From an uncultured virus (IMG/VR IMGVR_UViG_3300031673_013668) (lineage: Duplodnaviria > Heunggongvirae > Uroviricota > Caudoviricetes): a stretch of 64,000 nt of DNA. The notes below the pieces were generated by a model, which was given only the letters and a program-made list of their open reading frames with translations, searched no databases and had not been told where the DNA came from. The stretch lies in IMG/VR virus record IMGVR_UViG_3300031673_013668, one strand, 5' to 3'. Positions 22,300-33,013 of this stretch are shown here, piece after piece; position 1 is the stretch's first letter, and each line of letters opens with the position of its first letter. Both the position numbers and the translations under genes were made by a program.

Positions 22300-24121
22300 A
22301 GACACTACAAAAGACATAAAGTTTCATGATCTCCCTGAAGCACTTCAGAAACTTCTATTTCAATTACAGCATGATAAAATTATAGAGATCTTAGATTCAG
22401 GAATCAAATTAAATGATATAATTCTCCAAAATAAAGCGCTTTATGATCAAAGTTATAATTTAATTCATAACCTTTACAAAGGTATCGAAAAAGATCTAAT
22501 TTTACAAGTTCTTTATCATCTATATGATAGAAAACAACCTCTTTTAGCTTTTATAGATCTCTATCGAGAATATGATTATTTTCAATTCAAATATACACAA
22601 GATCAAATAAAACAGAAAGAAAAAACTACAATAGAAAAAAAAGATCCTCTCATTTCGACTGCAAAAGAATCTTTTCTAGAGGATGAAATGAGTGGGTCTA
22701 GTGGGGGGTCTCACCCCTTATCAGTGGAGGAGGGGCGTAGAGAGGGAGAGGGGTCAGATTCTGTTAAATTATGCGATCTACCCATTGATTATGTACCGGA
22801 ATTGATCCAGAAGCGAAAGGAGGATTTTGGTATATGGATCAGTAAGGTTGCGTTAAGACATTTTGAGAGTTTAAAATGTAAATTTGCGTTGGATGATGAT
22901 ATTTTTAGGAAGATAGAGAGTTATTTTATACCAGGATATTGTGGTTATGGGAGTAATAAATGGGCAACTCCGATAGATAATGATAAAAAGAAGGAGTTAG
23001 GGGTTTGTTTTGGGTTTCAATTTACCGAGTATGGAAGTGTAAGGATACATCTTTCAGGAGATAAAGATATAGAATATTTTACAACTGATTTTTTTGAGGT
23101 GTTTTCGAAGGTATTAAGTGATACTGAGATCGTGACCTTTTTGGAGATGTTATTGCTTGAGAGACTTGATAAGCCTGTATTCTATGTGCATGAAGCAAGA
23201 AGTATGGGCCCAAAAGACGTAGTTGATGCGGAGTTTAAAGGAGCGCATATTAAAGTGAATGAAATACATTGGTTTGGGAAGATTAAATGGGATGCGAGAA
23301 TTGATTATTCTGATCCAATGAAGCCCCATATTGAAGCTGAAGGGCCTATGCCACAGGCAGGAAACTTTATGAAATTACTAGATGGTAGTCCTGAATTTAT
23401 TGCAAATCTAAGCGATGTCCGGGAAGTAGGGTATAGGATAAGAGATACTGTACATGAGGTCTATAAAGGGGTGGGGCAGATCTCGAAAATTATAGAACTC
23501 ACTCATAAGGACCATGTAGCCTATCTCTCCGAAATCGATGCGAAAAATCATATAAGATATTTACAAACTGAAATTGGCATTGCCGGGCTCACTACTATAC
23601 TTGATAGACTTTATACTACTACTACTAAATCATATGGACAGACTACAGCTGCATTACATACTGTGTCTCTTGATATGAAAGCGATTGCTCTAGGGGTTGG
23701 GACGCTTGCCTCACTCCAGAATGATGTTAAAGAAGAACTTCATGAACATATTGATCATAGATCACACCTCACAGAACAACTCATTATTGATACAAATAAT
23801 AACGTGATAGATAAAATTGAGACTGTTCATAAAGACCTTAAACAAACTACTGATGATATAAAGACCTTAATTGAATCTAAGTTTGATTCTCTAGGGCATA
23901 CCTTAAAGAATAATCTCTATTTAGTTCTCCGAAAACTAGATTCCATTCCTGGAGCGACTGCAAAAGAGATTTCTAAAAGTCTAAATAAATCTCAAAAAAC
24001 CGTATATTCGTATTTGAAAAAGCTTCAGGATAAAAAACTAGTGAGTTCCAAATCTATAAAAAAAAGTTCGAGAGGACGACCTGCGCAAGTATATAAAACA
24101 ATAAAAAGCAAACAAGCTTAA
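22286..24121 (+). CDS. Large protein with coiled coil and C-terminal winged HTH
   Basis: TAKEISKSLNKSQKTVYSYLKKLQDKKLV..GRP..VY; start likely ATA 22286 after AGGTGA. Confidence 0.6.
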   Translation: MADTKDTTKDIKFHDLPEALQKLLFQLQHDKIIEILDSGIKLNDIILQNKALYDQSYNLIHNLYKGIEKDLILQVLYHLYDRKQPLLAFIDLYREYDYFQFKYTQDQIKQKEKTTIEKKDPLISTAKESFLEDEMSGSSGGSHPLSVEEGRREGEGSDSVKLCDLPIDYVPELIQKRKEDFGIWISKVALRHFESLKCKFALDDDIFRKIESYFIPGYCGYGSNKWATPIDNDKKKELGVCFGFQFTEYGSVRIHLSGDKDIEYFTTDFFEVFSKVLSDTEIVTFLEMLLLERLDKPVFYVHEARSMGPKDVVDAEFKGAHIKVNEIHWFGKIKWDARIDYSDPMKPHIEAEGPMPQAGNFMKLLDGSPEFIANLSDVREVGYRIRDTVHEVYKGVGQISKIIELTHKDHVAYLSEIDAKNHIRYLQTEIGIAGLTTILDRLYTTTTKSYGQTTAALHTVSLDMKAIALGVGTLASLQNDVKEELHEHIDHRSHLTEQLIIDTNNNVIDKIETVHKDLKQTTDDIKTLIESKFDSLGHTLKNNLYLVLRKLDSIPGATAKEISKSLNKSQKTVYSYLKKLQDKKLVSSKSIKKSSRGRPAQVYKTIKSKQA

Positions 24122-24319
24122 AGTTATACCTCAAATAACAAAAAAAGAATTCCATCACGTTCACATCATTTATAAAAATTTAAAAGAGGTAGGTTACAAT
24201 GGAAAAGTTCAAGCAGTTATATAAAAAAGAAAACAAAATAAATAAAGAACTTATAGAAATAGATATAAAAATAAAAAAGTTCACAAACAAAATTCTAGAC
24301 TTAGAAGGGAAGTTAGACT

Positions 24320-24844
24320 ATGACAGAAGAGAAGAAAGAAAACAACAACATACAGGAAAAGAAACAAGTCCATATTCTAGTCCATCCGAAGATATTAAAA
24401 CAATGGGATGACTTAGCACAAAAAACCACGTCAGGCAACAGGACCGCAATGCTACATAATGCTGTGAAAGTCTTTGAATTGTTTGTAAATAATCAATTAA
24501 ATGGAGACAAAAAAGAAAGCATTGAAGCACAATTGGAGCAAATAAAAAACTTACTCGAAAGCTTTCAAGAAAGAAAACATCTCTTAGAGAAAGAAAAAGG
24601 AGACATTGAAGTTTCATTCGATTCTGTGGACACGAAAGAAATTAAGGACTTTGATATCGTTTCAGAAAGGATTCTTGAATTAATAAAGAGCTGGGGTTCT
24701 CTAAATGAGACTACAATTTCAGCACATTTAAATTACCCCGGATGGTTAGTCTGGACCGTCTTAAAGAAATTGAAAGCGATGAAAAAAGTAAAAGTAGAAA
24801 GTGGGGAATGGTCCCTTTATGATCAATCAATGTCAAGTTTGTAG
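24320..24844 (+). CDS. Putative DNA-binding protein (RHH-like N-terminus, wHTH-like C-terminus)
   Basis: KQVHILV...WDDLA....NRTAML..AV; C-terminal helix-turn-helix-wing pattern. Confidence 0.45.
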   Translation: MTEEKKENNNIQEKKQVHILVHPKILKQWDDLAQKTTSGNRTAMLHNAVKVFELFVNNQLNGDKKESIEAQLEQIKNLLESFQERKHLLEKEKGDIEVSFDSVDTKEIKDFDIVSERILELIKSWGSLNETTISAHLNYPGWLVWTVLKKLKAMKKVKVESGEWSLYDQSMSSL

Positions 24845-24952
24845 GTTTAACAAAAATGGTAATTGTAAAGTGGATTGGGGTTGCTGTTTTGATCCCGATC
24901 CTATCAAATTAGACTATATAAAAAAATTAGGAGAATTATTTGGGGATGATTA

Positions 24953-25648
24953 ATGAAATTCCTCACTTATACCTATAATGGATTTATTTCTTGGCCATAT
25001 CTTATAATAAAATTATCAAATTATCTAAAAATGACTAACGAAGCAAAATCTAAATATAAAGAAATAATGATCGATCCTGGAGTTTATGAATTAGGAGTTT
25101 CTAGTAGGTTTAGTTGGGAAGGTAAGATTAATATTAAACAATTTTTAGATTCTTTAAAAATCAACGAATACCTTAGTTTTGATTACCCTTCAGATATGAA
25201 TCCTAAATTTACGGATATTTTCTTAGAGAGATCATGGGATAATGCAATAAGATATTGTAATCATCCTCAGTATATTGTAACGGTGCAATATCCCTATAAT
25301 CATTATTGGTGGTTCACTTATTGGTTCGATAAATATGCTAAGCTACCTCATGGCTCAGGGGTCTTGGGAATTGGAAATCTATGCAAGCAGAGAGGCTGTA
25401 ATCCCTTTGTGAAGCATGCATTAGATTATGCACTTATTAATCTCCCTAAAGATGTAGAACGCATTCATGTTTATGGACCTAATAAAATTATGATCAAATA
25501 TATCCAAAAACTTGAGGATCTAAAGAAAGTAAGGTTTTCAATTGACTCTCGAAAATGGGAATTCTATAAAAATTCTATTGAAAGACCTTATTGGTTTAAA
25601 GAATATATTAATAATTTAAAAAAAATTGGGATCAAAATTGATATCTAA
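24953..25648 (+). CDS. tRNA-guanine-transglycosylase-fold (DpdA-like) protein
   Basis: IMIDPGVY, SFDYP, VTVQ, LGIGNL, IHVYG and SIDS motifs in TGT order. Confidence 0.65.
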   Translation: MKFLTYTYNGFISWPYLIIKLSNYLKMTNEAKSKYKEIMIDPGVYELGVSSRFSWEGKINIKQFLDSLKINEYLSFDYPSDMNPKFTDIFLERSWDNAIRYCNHPQYIVTVQYPYNHYWWFTYWFDKYAKLPHGSGVLGIGNLCKQRGCNPFVKHALDYALINLPKDVERIHVYGPNKIMIKYIQKLEDLKKVRFSIDSRKWEFYKNSIERPYWFKEYINNLKKIGIKIDI

Positions 25649-25828
25649 ATATGATAGGATGGTCCCTTTATGAGTAAGAAATGTATATGGTGTAATAAAT
25701 ACGGAATTTATTATGACCCTTTTTCCCAAACTTTTAAATGTGAAAAATGTGGAAAAGAATTTACAAAAACAGATAAAATCTTTAATAAGAGGGATTTAGT
25801 AAAATTCTGGTTGGGGTGGTTATAATCG

Positions 25829-26815
25829 ATGGCGAATGATAAGAAATATCCATTAGAATTTGATGAGAAGATTCCTTACTTTAAGGATTTCATACATAGA
25901 TATTCAAAAGAGTATTACCGGCAAGTAAGAAATAAATTGATTAATTATATTCTATTTTTAGAAACAAAAAATAAATCAATATTAGAAGCTGATATTGAGG
26001 ATGTATTAGATTTCTTTAAGAATGATATCAATCTCAAGAAAGTAAAAAGGGACACGAAACTGAAATGGAGAAATGTTCTTAATGCCTATTATGAATATGT
26101 CAAGGAAATAAAAGAGAAAATGGAGAAAATACCCTTTATTAATCCAGTTCCTTCCCTTAATATCTATCCTTTTGATGAAAAGCCTGAAAAAATTGAGGAT
26201 TTAGAAAAAGAAGCAGACTTAATGACTTATCCTATTGTCAAAAAAGTTTTGAATTATCTTTATTTTACTCAGAAAAGGTTATTCATAATAATGTCTCTTT
26301 TACTTTACACGGGCGCCCGAATAAAAGAAATCTGCCGTATTCGATTAAGCCATTTAGATATAGAAGAATGCTTTTTTTATGTGCGTTTAAAATCGAGGAA
26401 ATACATTAAGCGGACAGGGATATATCATTTTCCTAGATTTTTTACAAAATATCTTTTCGAATGGATTGAACTTATAAAAATAGAATATCCTACTACAAAA
26501 TATTTATTTCCCTCTCCTTACCTTCAGGATGCCCATCTTTCTACAAAAACACCACGAAGGCATTTAAGTATCCTCAAAAATACATTAGGGCTTACATGTA
26601 AACTAAACCCTCATGCATTTCGGGATTTTATTAACACAGAACGCTTTGACCGTAATATGAATAAGAAATATAGAATGTTGTTATTAAACCAGACCCCTAA
26701 AAATGTGAATGTCAAGAATTATTTAAAAAAATACAAAAAAAGAAAAGAGCTCCAAAAAGTGTATGAGAAAACATTTCCTTTTCCTGAATTTAAACCACAA
26801 ATAAATTTAATCTAA
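25829..26815 (+). CDS. Tyrosine recombinase/integrase (XerC-like)
   Basis: YTGARIKE, LKSRK, PHAFRD, C-terminal KNY. Confidence 0.9.
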   Translation: MANDKKYPLEFDEKIPYFKDFIHRYSKEYYRQVRNKLINYILFLETKNKSILEADIEDVLDFFKNDINLKKVKRDTKLKWRNVLNAYYEYVKEIKEKMEKIPFINPVPSLNIYPFDEKPEKIEDLEKEADLMTYPIVKKVLNYLYFTQKRLFIIMSLLLYTGARIKEICRIRLSHLDIEECFFYVRLKSRKYIKRTGIYHFPRFFTKYLFEWIELIKIEYPTTKYLFPSPYLQDAHLSTKTPRRHLSILKNTLGLTCKLNPHAFRDFINTERFDRNMNKKYRMLLLNQTPKNVNVKNYLKKYKKRKELQKVYEKTFPFPEFKPQINLI

Positions 26816-26841
26816 AAATAATAAAAAAGGAGTGACCTCAA

Positions 26842-28002
26842 ATTACTATAGAAGAACAGAATATAGAACCAAGAATTAGTTTATCAAAAATAAAAGAAAA
26901 CACAGAGTTTAAGATAAATAATTTTCTTACATTAAAACTAGAAGATGGAAAAACAAATATTTATGTAAAAAATAAGCGTTTTAATCAATGTAAATATCTT
27001 TTATTCACTCTAAAAGAAAGGGAGATCAGTGAATATAAAGAGATAGACTCAATTGATGAGATAAGAGAGTATTATGATAAAAAGCATCCTTCTAGGAAAT
27101 ATGGGGTTATCTCTCCAAAAACAGCATTTCAAGGACATTGCTCTAATTTACAAACGTGGTATGAGTATCATTACGATACACGATTGTTAGATATGTATTT
27201 ATCGTTTCCTTTATTAAAGAAACTGACGGATGCGGGAGACCCATTAGCAAAAAAGGTGTTTAAAGATGAAATTCTTTTGCGATTAAGTAGTAACTATCCT
27301 AATGTAATGCTCTTTTTATTAGAAGGGGGATATTTAAAATATTTTACTATAGAAGAATTAAAATCAGTAAAAGATATTATTAATGAATCGAAGATCCAAC
27401 ACATTATAGACCTATTTAATAAACAATATGGTTCCTTCTTTAAAATAAATCCTCAATTAGCTGAACTTTGTTTGAAAATAAAAGAGGGATATACTCTGAA
27501 TAAAAGAAAAGAATCTTATTTTCTTGAATTCTCCTCTGTAAAAATTATTATAATGACCAAAGATTTTAAAAAAGAGTTTAGTAATTGGTTTAATAATACA
27601 AAAAAGGTTTTGTTACATGAATCTCTAATAGATGGTGAATGTATTACATTTGATAAAGAAACTTTTTTTAATTATGAGTATATCCAAGATATTTTAAAAT
27701 ATATTGAAAACCCTGAAATCTATTATAAGGAGGAATGGCCTCTGATTTTTATGACTCCTAAATTTACAGGGGCAGTTGCTCCGAGGCTCTCTCCTTTTCC
27801 TGCCCCTAAAGAACAATGGGATAAATACACTTCAAAGTTTATTCCTTATATGGAATATATGAAATTATGGAAGCAATATACAAAAAAAGAGCTTTTTGAT
27901 ATTATTAAATTAAAAGAAATACAGCCTAGAATCAAAATAACTGCCAGAAAAGGAGACCTTCTTTGTTATTATCTTAAAAAATGTAAAGAAGAATTGAAAT
28001 AA
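26842..28002 (+). CDS. Lokiarchaeal GHCSNLQ-domain protein, probable ATT start
   Basis: Frame open from 26836: EFKINNFLTLKLEDGKTNIYV...GHCSNLQTWYE..YDTRLL...FPLLKKLTDAGDPLAKKVFKDEI; GGAGTGA SD. Confidence 0.75.
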   Translation: MTIEEQNIEPRISLSKIKENTEFKINNFLTLKLEDGKTNIYVKNKRFNQCKYLLFTLKEREISEYKEIDSIDEIREYYDKKHPSRKYGVISPKTAFQGHCSNLQTWYEYHYDTRLLDMYLSFPLLKKLTDAGDPLAKKVFKDEILLRLSSNYPNVMLFLLEGGYLKYFTIEELKSVKDIINESKIQHIIDLFNKQYGSFFKINPQLAELCLKIKEGYTLNKRKESYFLEFSSVKIIIMTKDFKKEFSNWFNNTKKVLLHESLIDGECITFDKETFFNYEYIQDILKYIENPEIYYKEEWPLIFMTPKFTGAVAPRLSPFPAPKEQWDKYTSKFIPYMEYMKLWKQYTKKELFDIIKLKEIQPRIKITARKGDLLCYYLKKCKEELK

Positions 28003-28346
28003 ATTTAATCTAAAAAAATAAATGAATAGAAACGAATATTAATAATAGAAAAGATAAGGAGATATGATAAGAAATGGATAAAAAAGAAAAATATATATGC
28101 TTTAATTTAGAAGAATTAAAAGACCTTTTCAAATATTTTACTATATATAATGGTGATATTGGAGAAGATGCAAGACTCTATATTTCAGATGATGGTGTTT
28201 TATATGCCTTAAATCTAGATTATTCCCCTAAAGAATTAAAGACCTTAACCCCCAAGAAAATTGAAGGGATTAAATGGGAATTAATCCAGGGTAAAATAAA
28301 TGAATAGAAACGAATATTAATAATAGAAAAGAGGTAAAAAAGAGAG

Positions 28347-30164
28347 ATGTTACAAGAGCAATTATTATTTTTCGAGCAAGTCATATTATTGGCACAGATG
28401 ATCCTCTCCATTATAGTTATAGGTATAGGCTTTGGTTATTCTCTGTTCATGATTTATAAAAGTATAAAAGAGAGAGATATTAGCTATCTATCTGCGGTAA
28501 TTCTCAATTTCATTGTTTTAGGTATTGCCCTTTATGTCTCTATTATATTTAAAATTATAAAAGTAGAACTTATTTTCTCTTTTATTGAATTATCCTTTCT
28601 CTATTTTATTTTTGTTTTCATAGACTATTGTCCCTATATTATTCCAGGGCTTATCGCAATTATATCAGCGATAGCCCTCTTTCTTTCAAATGATAAGAAT
28701 GTGTCTTATGTTCAGGATCAGGATGGCAAAATAATTCGGTTAGGAAAATATATATCAATAGAAATCTCTGATGTTTCAGGTTTTCTTTATAAATATCAAT
28801 TCATAGGAAGTAATGGTTGTTATTTTGATATTTATTCTTCTTATACAATAGATTTTATTCGTGAACATATTTTAGCGTTTGAATTAAGTATTTATGAGAT
28901 CCCTGAAACTGAAAGAGTGTTTAAAGAAAGAGTTAAAAAGAAGGGATCTCAGTATAAATTATTTAGAATTCTCTGTTTTCTCATTCCCTTTTGTCATAAA
29001 CTTAAACTAAACCTCTATCTTAAATTACCAAAAGAAGAAACTAAAAATGAAACAATTCAAATAATAACCATAAGACATTTACCAGATCCCATTGAGCATA
29101 CATTAGACCGAGCCATAAGGCAAATAGAAAATGATTACCAAGAGATCAAACAAGAATTCGAGATTAATGAATATATTACACTAAAACTGATAGGGAAAGA
29201 AACGAGAATCTATATTAATAATAAATATTTTCAGCAATGCAAATTCCTTTTGTTAAATATTCCTGAAAAAAAGATTGAAGATATAGAGGATTTAAATTCT
29301 ATTGATGAAATAAGCGAATATCTAGATAAGAGTTTAGAACCTATTTTAAATAATAAACAAATAGAATATAATATTACTCCTGAAGAGGAATTTCAAGGGC
29401 ATTGCTCAAATTTACAAGCATGGTATGAGAATGAATATGATACACGCTTATTACACAGGAATCTAGCATTTCCTTTATTAAAAGAGCTCACAGAAGCAGG
29501 AGACCCTTTAGCAAAAAAAGTCTTTAAGGAAGAGATCGCTTCACGCTTAGGAGAGGGTTATGAGCCTGTCATTACCTACTTAATTGATAATAATTATCTA
29601 AAATATTTTGATAAAGACGAATGTGAGCCCCTCTTAGATGACTCTTTTTATTTTGCCCTTAAAAAAAGAATATTATCTGAATTATATAGTATAACACGGC
29701 GTGGCTCAAATTTATATCTCATTCAACTTTCTGCCGTCACAAATATTAAAGAGCTTTTATTACGTGAATTCTTTAAGAGAATGCAAGAAAAAGAGCATAT
29801 TGAGATTATTTATACTTCTGATACAGCCTTGTATTTAAAATATCGTAAACATCCCGTATCAGGCAAAGCGCAATTTATCATTTTTGATGATACAATCACA
29901 GGATTTTTAAAAAGGGATCTTGAAGAGATCATACGCACAATACCCTATCTTAGTCAAGATAAAGAAAAGGTAATTAAGGAAATTATGGAAATTCAAGCAC
30001 ATCAAATTAATAATAAACAAGATATAGTTCAGTTTATAGTGAGGGCCCTTGGTAAACATCTAACAGGAAGCGAGTACAATTCAATCTCAGCAACAGTTGA
30101 CATATATCTAAAAAAGAAAATAGCACACATGGATCGAGAAATAATTCTTAATGAGCCCTTCTAA
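28347..30164 (+). CDS. Membrane-anchored protein fused to a Lokiarchaeal GHCSNLQ domain
   Basis: About four N-terminal hydrophobic helices; EFEINEYITLKL...GHCSNLQAWYENEYDTRLLHRNLAFPLLKELTEAGDP. Confidence 0.75.
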   Translation: MLQEQLLFFEQVILLAQMILSIIVIGIGFGYSLFMIYKSIKERDISYLSAVILNFIVLGIALYVSIIFKIIKVELIFSFIELSFLYFIFVFIDYCPYIIPGLIAIISAIALFLSNDKNVSYVQDQDGKIIRLGKYISIEISDVSGFLYKYQFIGSNGCYFDIYSSYTIDFIREHILAFELSIYEIPETERVFKERVKKKGSQYKLFRILCFLIPFCHKLKLNLYLKLPKEETKNETIQIITIRHLPDPIEHTLDRAIRQIENDYQEIKQEFEINEYITLKLIGKETRIYINNKYFQQCKFLLLNIPEKKIEDIEDLNSIDEISEYLDKSLEPILNNKQIEYNITPEEEFQGHCSNLQAWYENEYDTRLLHRNLAFPLLKELTEAGDPLAKKVFKEEIASRLGEGYEPVITYLIDNNYLKYFDKDECEPLLDDSFYFALKKRILSELYSITRRGSNLYLIQLSAVTNIKELLLREFFKRMQEKEHIEIIYTSDTALYLKYRKHPVSGKAQFIIFDDTITGFLKRDLEEIIRTIPYLSQDKEKVIKEIMEIQAHQINNKQDIVQFIVRALGKHLTGSEYNSISATVDIYLKKKIAHMDREIILNEPF

Positions 30165-30181
30165 AATAAGAGGGAAGGGTA

Positions 30182-30273
30182 ATTTATCGGGAGGAATTAA
30201 GACTTCGCAAAAAGCCTTATACCCCTCTTTTATTAGACTCTAAAAAGATTTTTTAAGAGCACAATTTTACGGG
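30182..30273 (+). repeat. Imperfect 92-bp direct repeat, copy 1 (copy 2 at 33278..33369)
   Basis: Shared blocks ATTTATCGGGAG..TAAGACTTC..CCTCTTTTAT..CACAATTTTACGGG, same overall length. Confidence 0.75.
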
Positions 30274-30306
30274 ATCCAAAATTAATATAAAGAAAATTAA
30301 AAATAA

Positions 30307-30462
30307 TTAATCAACGACTCCCAAATCTCGGAGTCTTATTCTAATGGCATCTTTTATAAATTCAGAGCGATTCGTATATATTGTCTTCCCAGAGTCGATA
30401 TAACCATCAACTAATTCAACCATCCTTCTTGGCAAAGAAATTGAAACATAATCTTTTGTCAT
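30307..30462 (-). CDS. Ribbon-helix-helix (CopG/Arc) regulator
   Basis: MTKDYVSISLP..MVELVD......YTNRSEFIKDAIR. Confidence 0.8.
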   Translation of the reverse strand: MTKDYVSISLPRRMVELVDGYIDSGKTIYTNRSEFIKDAIRIRLRDLGVVD

Positions 30463-30649
30463 AGATAAATAATATACTTCGCTATTATTAATAGTTCTGA
30501 GGGTATAATACGGTATTAATACCGACATCATAACTTAGGAGAAAAAGAAATCCTTTATGATAGTAAAGATTTAAATAGAGGTTTTTCTTTCCCCATCATA
30601 TATATACCATAATAATATCATATTCAAAACACATTATTAACTGAAGATC

Positions 30650-30841
30650 ATGACAAAAAAAACACAAAAAACAACGGCATATAAAACATACTCATTAGAT
30701 AAAAATAGAGTTGATAGTTTAAAACAAGTTATGAGTTTATATGAAATCTCATACCGGGGCGATGCTGATGCCATTCATAAAGCAATTGATAAATATATCG
30801 TAGATTTTAAATTGATATATCCCATAAATATCAAATCCTAA
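30650..30841 (+). CDS. Small RHH-like DNA-binding protein
   Basis: KTYSLD..RV..L......DADAIHKAID pattern; divergent from the 30462 regulator. Confidence 0.4.
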   Translation: MTKKTQKTTAYKTYSLDKNRVDSLKQVMSLYEISYRGDADAIHKAIDKYIVDFKLIYPINIKS

Positions 30842-30868
30842 TATCTTAAAACTCTAGAGGATAACATT

Positions 30869-32110
30869 ATGAGTAATTCAATAAAGCGAGAAAAAATCCC
30901 CTCTCATGAAATAAATAAAAAGACAGGAACAAATAAGAATCTTTATCAGAAAACAATTATAGAAATCTTAGAAACTATTACACGTTCTTATTATCCTATT
31001 GATGCCATTGAACCTAATCCTTGGAATGTCAATATAATGACAACAGAAGAATTTGAATCCCTTAAAGAATCTATCAAAATAACCAAAGGCGAATATCTCA
31101 AAAAGAACCCCATCAAAATCTGGAAAGACAGAGAGAAAGATAAATATATCATTAGTGATGGCGAACATAGATGGCGAGCTTGTAAAGAATTAGGATTCAA
31201 AAAGATCCCTGCTGATCTTGAAATTATTAATATTGAAGAAGCAAAAAGTCTAAATGTAATCTATAGTAAAAATAGAGGAAAAACAGATTATTTCAAACTT
31301 TCTAAACTCTTGAATGAAGAATATTACAAAGAAGATGGAAAACGTAAATGTACTCAACAAAATCTAGCTGAAAGGTTCGGTTTAAGTGGGAAAAGGGAAG
31401 TAAGCGATACTTTAAAAATCTATCCGAGACTAAAAAACTTTTTTGATCAAAGTCCGGCATGCCGGACTTTTTCAACAAGACAATTAATTGCTTTTTCAAG
31501 ATGTAATGATATCCTTTTAAGAGGAAAACTAATAGAGGAATCACTTAAAAACAAATGGAGCTCTAAAGAGATCAGAAAACAAGCAACCAAATTTAATAAA
31601 CTTTCAAAATGGATAAATAAAGAGATTAAGAGAGTAAATGTAAGAGAATGCCTTATAAATATATTTACTGGAACCTCTTTATTCACACTCCAATTTGAAG
31701 AATTAATTGAGAAATTTTTTCATTTTGTAATAGAAAACAAATGGTTAAAAATTATAATGAATAATTGGAGAAAATTTGATGAATTATCAAGATCAGCAAG
31801 AAAATATAGGGAGAAGTATATCAAAGAAAATAACAAATGGGAAGGATGGTATAATGAATATTATTCTAGTGAATTCTTTAAGGTGGGCAAATCAATGGCA
31901 TGGGCGTTCTTCAATGAATTACATCAAAATGAAGTTTTCTGTTGTGTTTGTAAAGAAAAAATAGAAAATCTCAATGATTTTGTCCCTCATCATGAGCCTC
32001 CATATGAATATGATTATATTTGGTATGTATTTCTTAATGGGGAAGAGCAAAAGATATATCCTTGTCATAAAAAATGTCATCGGCAAGGGGCGTTACTCAA
32101 ACAAAAATAG
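30869..32110 (+). CDS. ParB/Srx-domain protein with HTH and C-terminal Cys/His (HNH-like) region
   Basis: PNPWN.N, PI, YIISDGEHRWRA; TQQNLAERFG; CCVC...HH...CHKKCH. Confidence 0.85.
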   Translation: MSNSIKREKIPSHEINKKTGTNKNLYQKTIIEILETITRSYYPIDAIEPNPWNVNIMTTEEFESLKESIKITKGEYLKKNPIKIWKDREKDKYIISDGEHRWRACKELGFKKIPADLEIINIEEAKSLNVIYSKNRGKTDYFKLSKLLNEEYYKEDGKRKCTQQNLAERFGLSGKREVSDTLKIYPRLKNFFDQSPACRTFSTRQLIAFSRCNDILLRGKLIEESLKNKWSSKEIRKQATKFNKLSKWINKEIKRVNVRECLINIFTGTSLFTLQFEELIEKFFHFVIENKWLKIIMNNWRKFDELSRSARKYREKYIKENNKWEGWYNEYYSSEFFKVGKSMAWAFFNELHQNEVFCCVCKEKIENLNDFVPHHEPPYEYDYIWYVFLNGEEQKIYPCHKKCHRQGALLKQK

Positions 32111-32619
32111 AGATTGAGGTGAATAAAAAATGATAGAAGGAAAGGATTTTAGAATCGATCCGAAATATGGTGAATTATTTAGTTATTCAGGAACCTTAAA
32201 AATAGCAGCATCATGTAGGAAGAATCTAGAGAATGTATTATGGTTTCGATTTGCTGATAGTATTGCAATGAAAGAGAATCTTATTCTTTCTTTTGATCCG
32301 CATGTAGAATTCACGGAAATCTTAATAAAACTAAAGAACTATGAGGTGTTTAAGGTTTTCTATCCCATTATTGACATTATTAATAATACGCCTGATTTAC
32401 TCTTTAATGATATCTATAATTTAGATTGTTTCATAAGACTATGCGAGAAATACGGTAAGCTCTCTGGCTCAATCTTTAAGGAACCTAATAAACTACCCCA
32501 AAAAACATTACAACATATTGTTAAAGTTCTCTTTTTCCTCTTCAATCCAAAATTAGAGGAAGAAAAGAAAAAAGCAATAAGTAAACAATATGAGAAAAAA
32601 AAAGCAAAAATAAATAAAA

Positions 32620-32943
32620 GTGAGCAAAATGAATGAAAGCGTAGAAAAGAATAATGATGTTTTCCGGAAGGTTGAGGTCGAGTTTCCTATAGACATCATG
32701 CCCGTTCTTACCACAATTGAAACGCTTACGGGAATCCCTTCAAAAGAGTTCATCAATCTCTTATTAAAACAAGCGTTTGAAACATTATATAAAAATCCGT
32801 TTTATCTTTTTGAATTCTATACGGATTATTCGAAGAGTATTTTCTTTAATATGTTCAAAACGGGCTTAGACCAATGGATTACACTAAAGCAACCTCAAGA
32901 AAAAGATCATACACAAGAAGCGAAAATATGTGCCCCCACATAG
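32620..32943 (+). CDS. Small protein, paralog of 46253..46444
   Basis: EKNNDVFRKVEVEFPID vs ERNDSIYIKLEVELPIE. Confidence 0.55.
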   Translation: MSKMNESVEKNNDVFRKVEVEFPIDIMPVLTTIETLTGIPSKEFINLLLKQAFETLYKNPFYLFEFYTDYSKSIFFNMFKTGLDQWITLKQPQEKDHTQEAKICAPT

Positions 32944-33013
32944 TTTTCTAACCTTCTTAGTATGATCCCTATATAATTATTTTTTTTATTTTATTAAAAC
33001 CTTTATTTTTTCA

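Noticed and set aside
22286..24121. Replication initiator call for the 614-aa wHTH protein
   Set aside because: No convincing HUH, primase or AAA+ motifs; left as hypothetical
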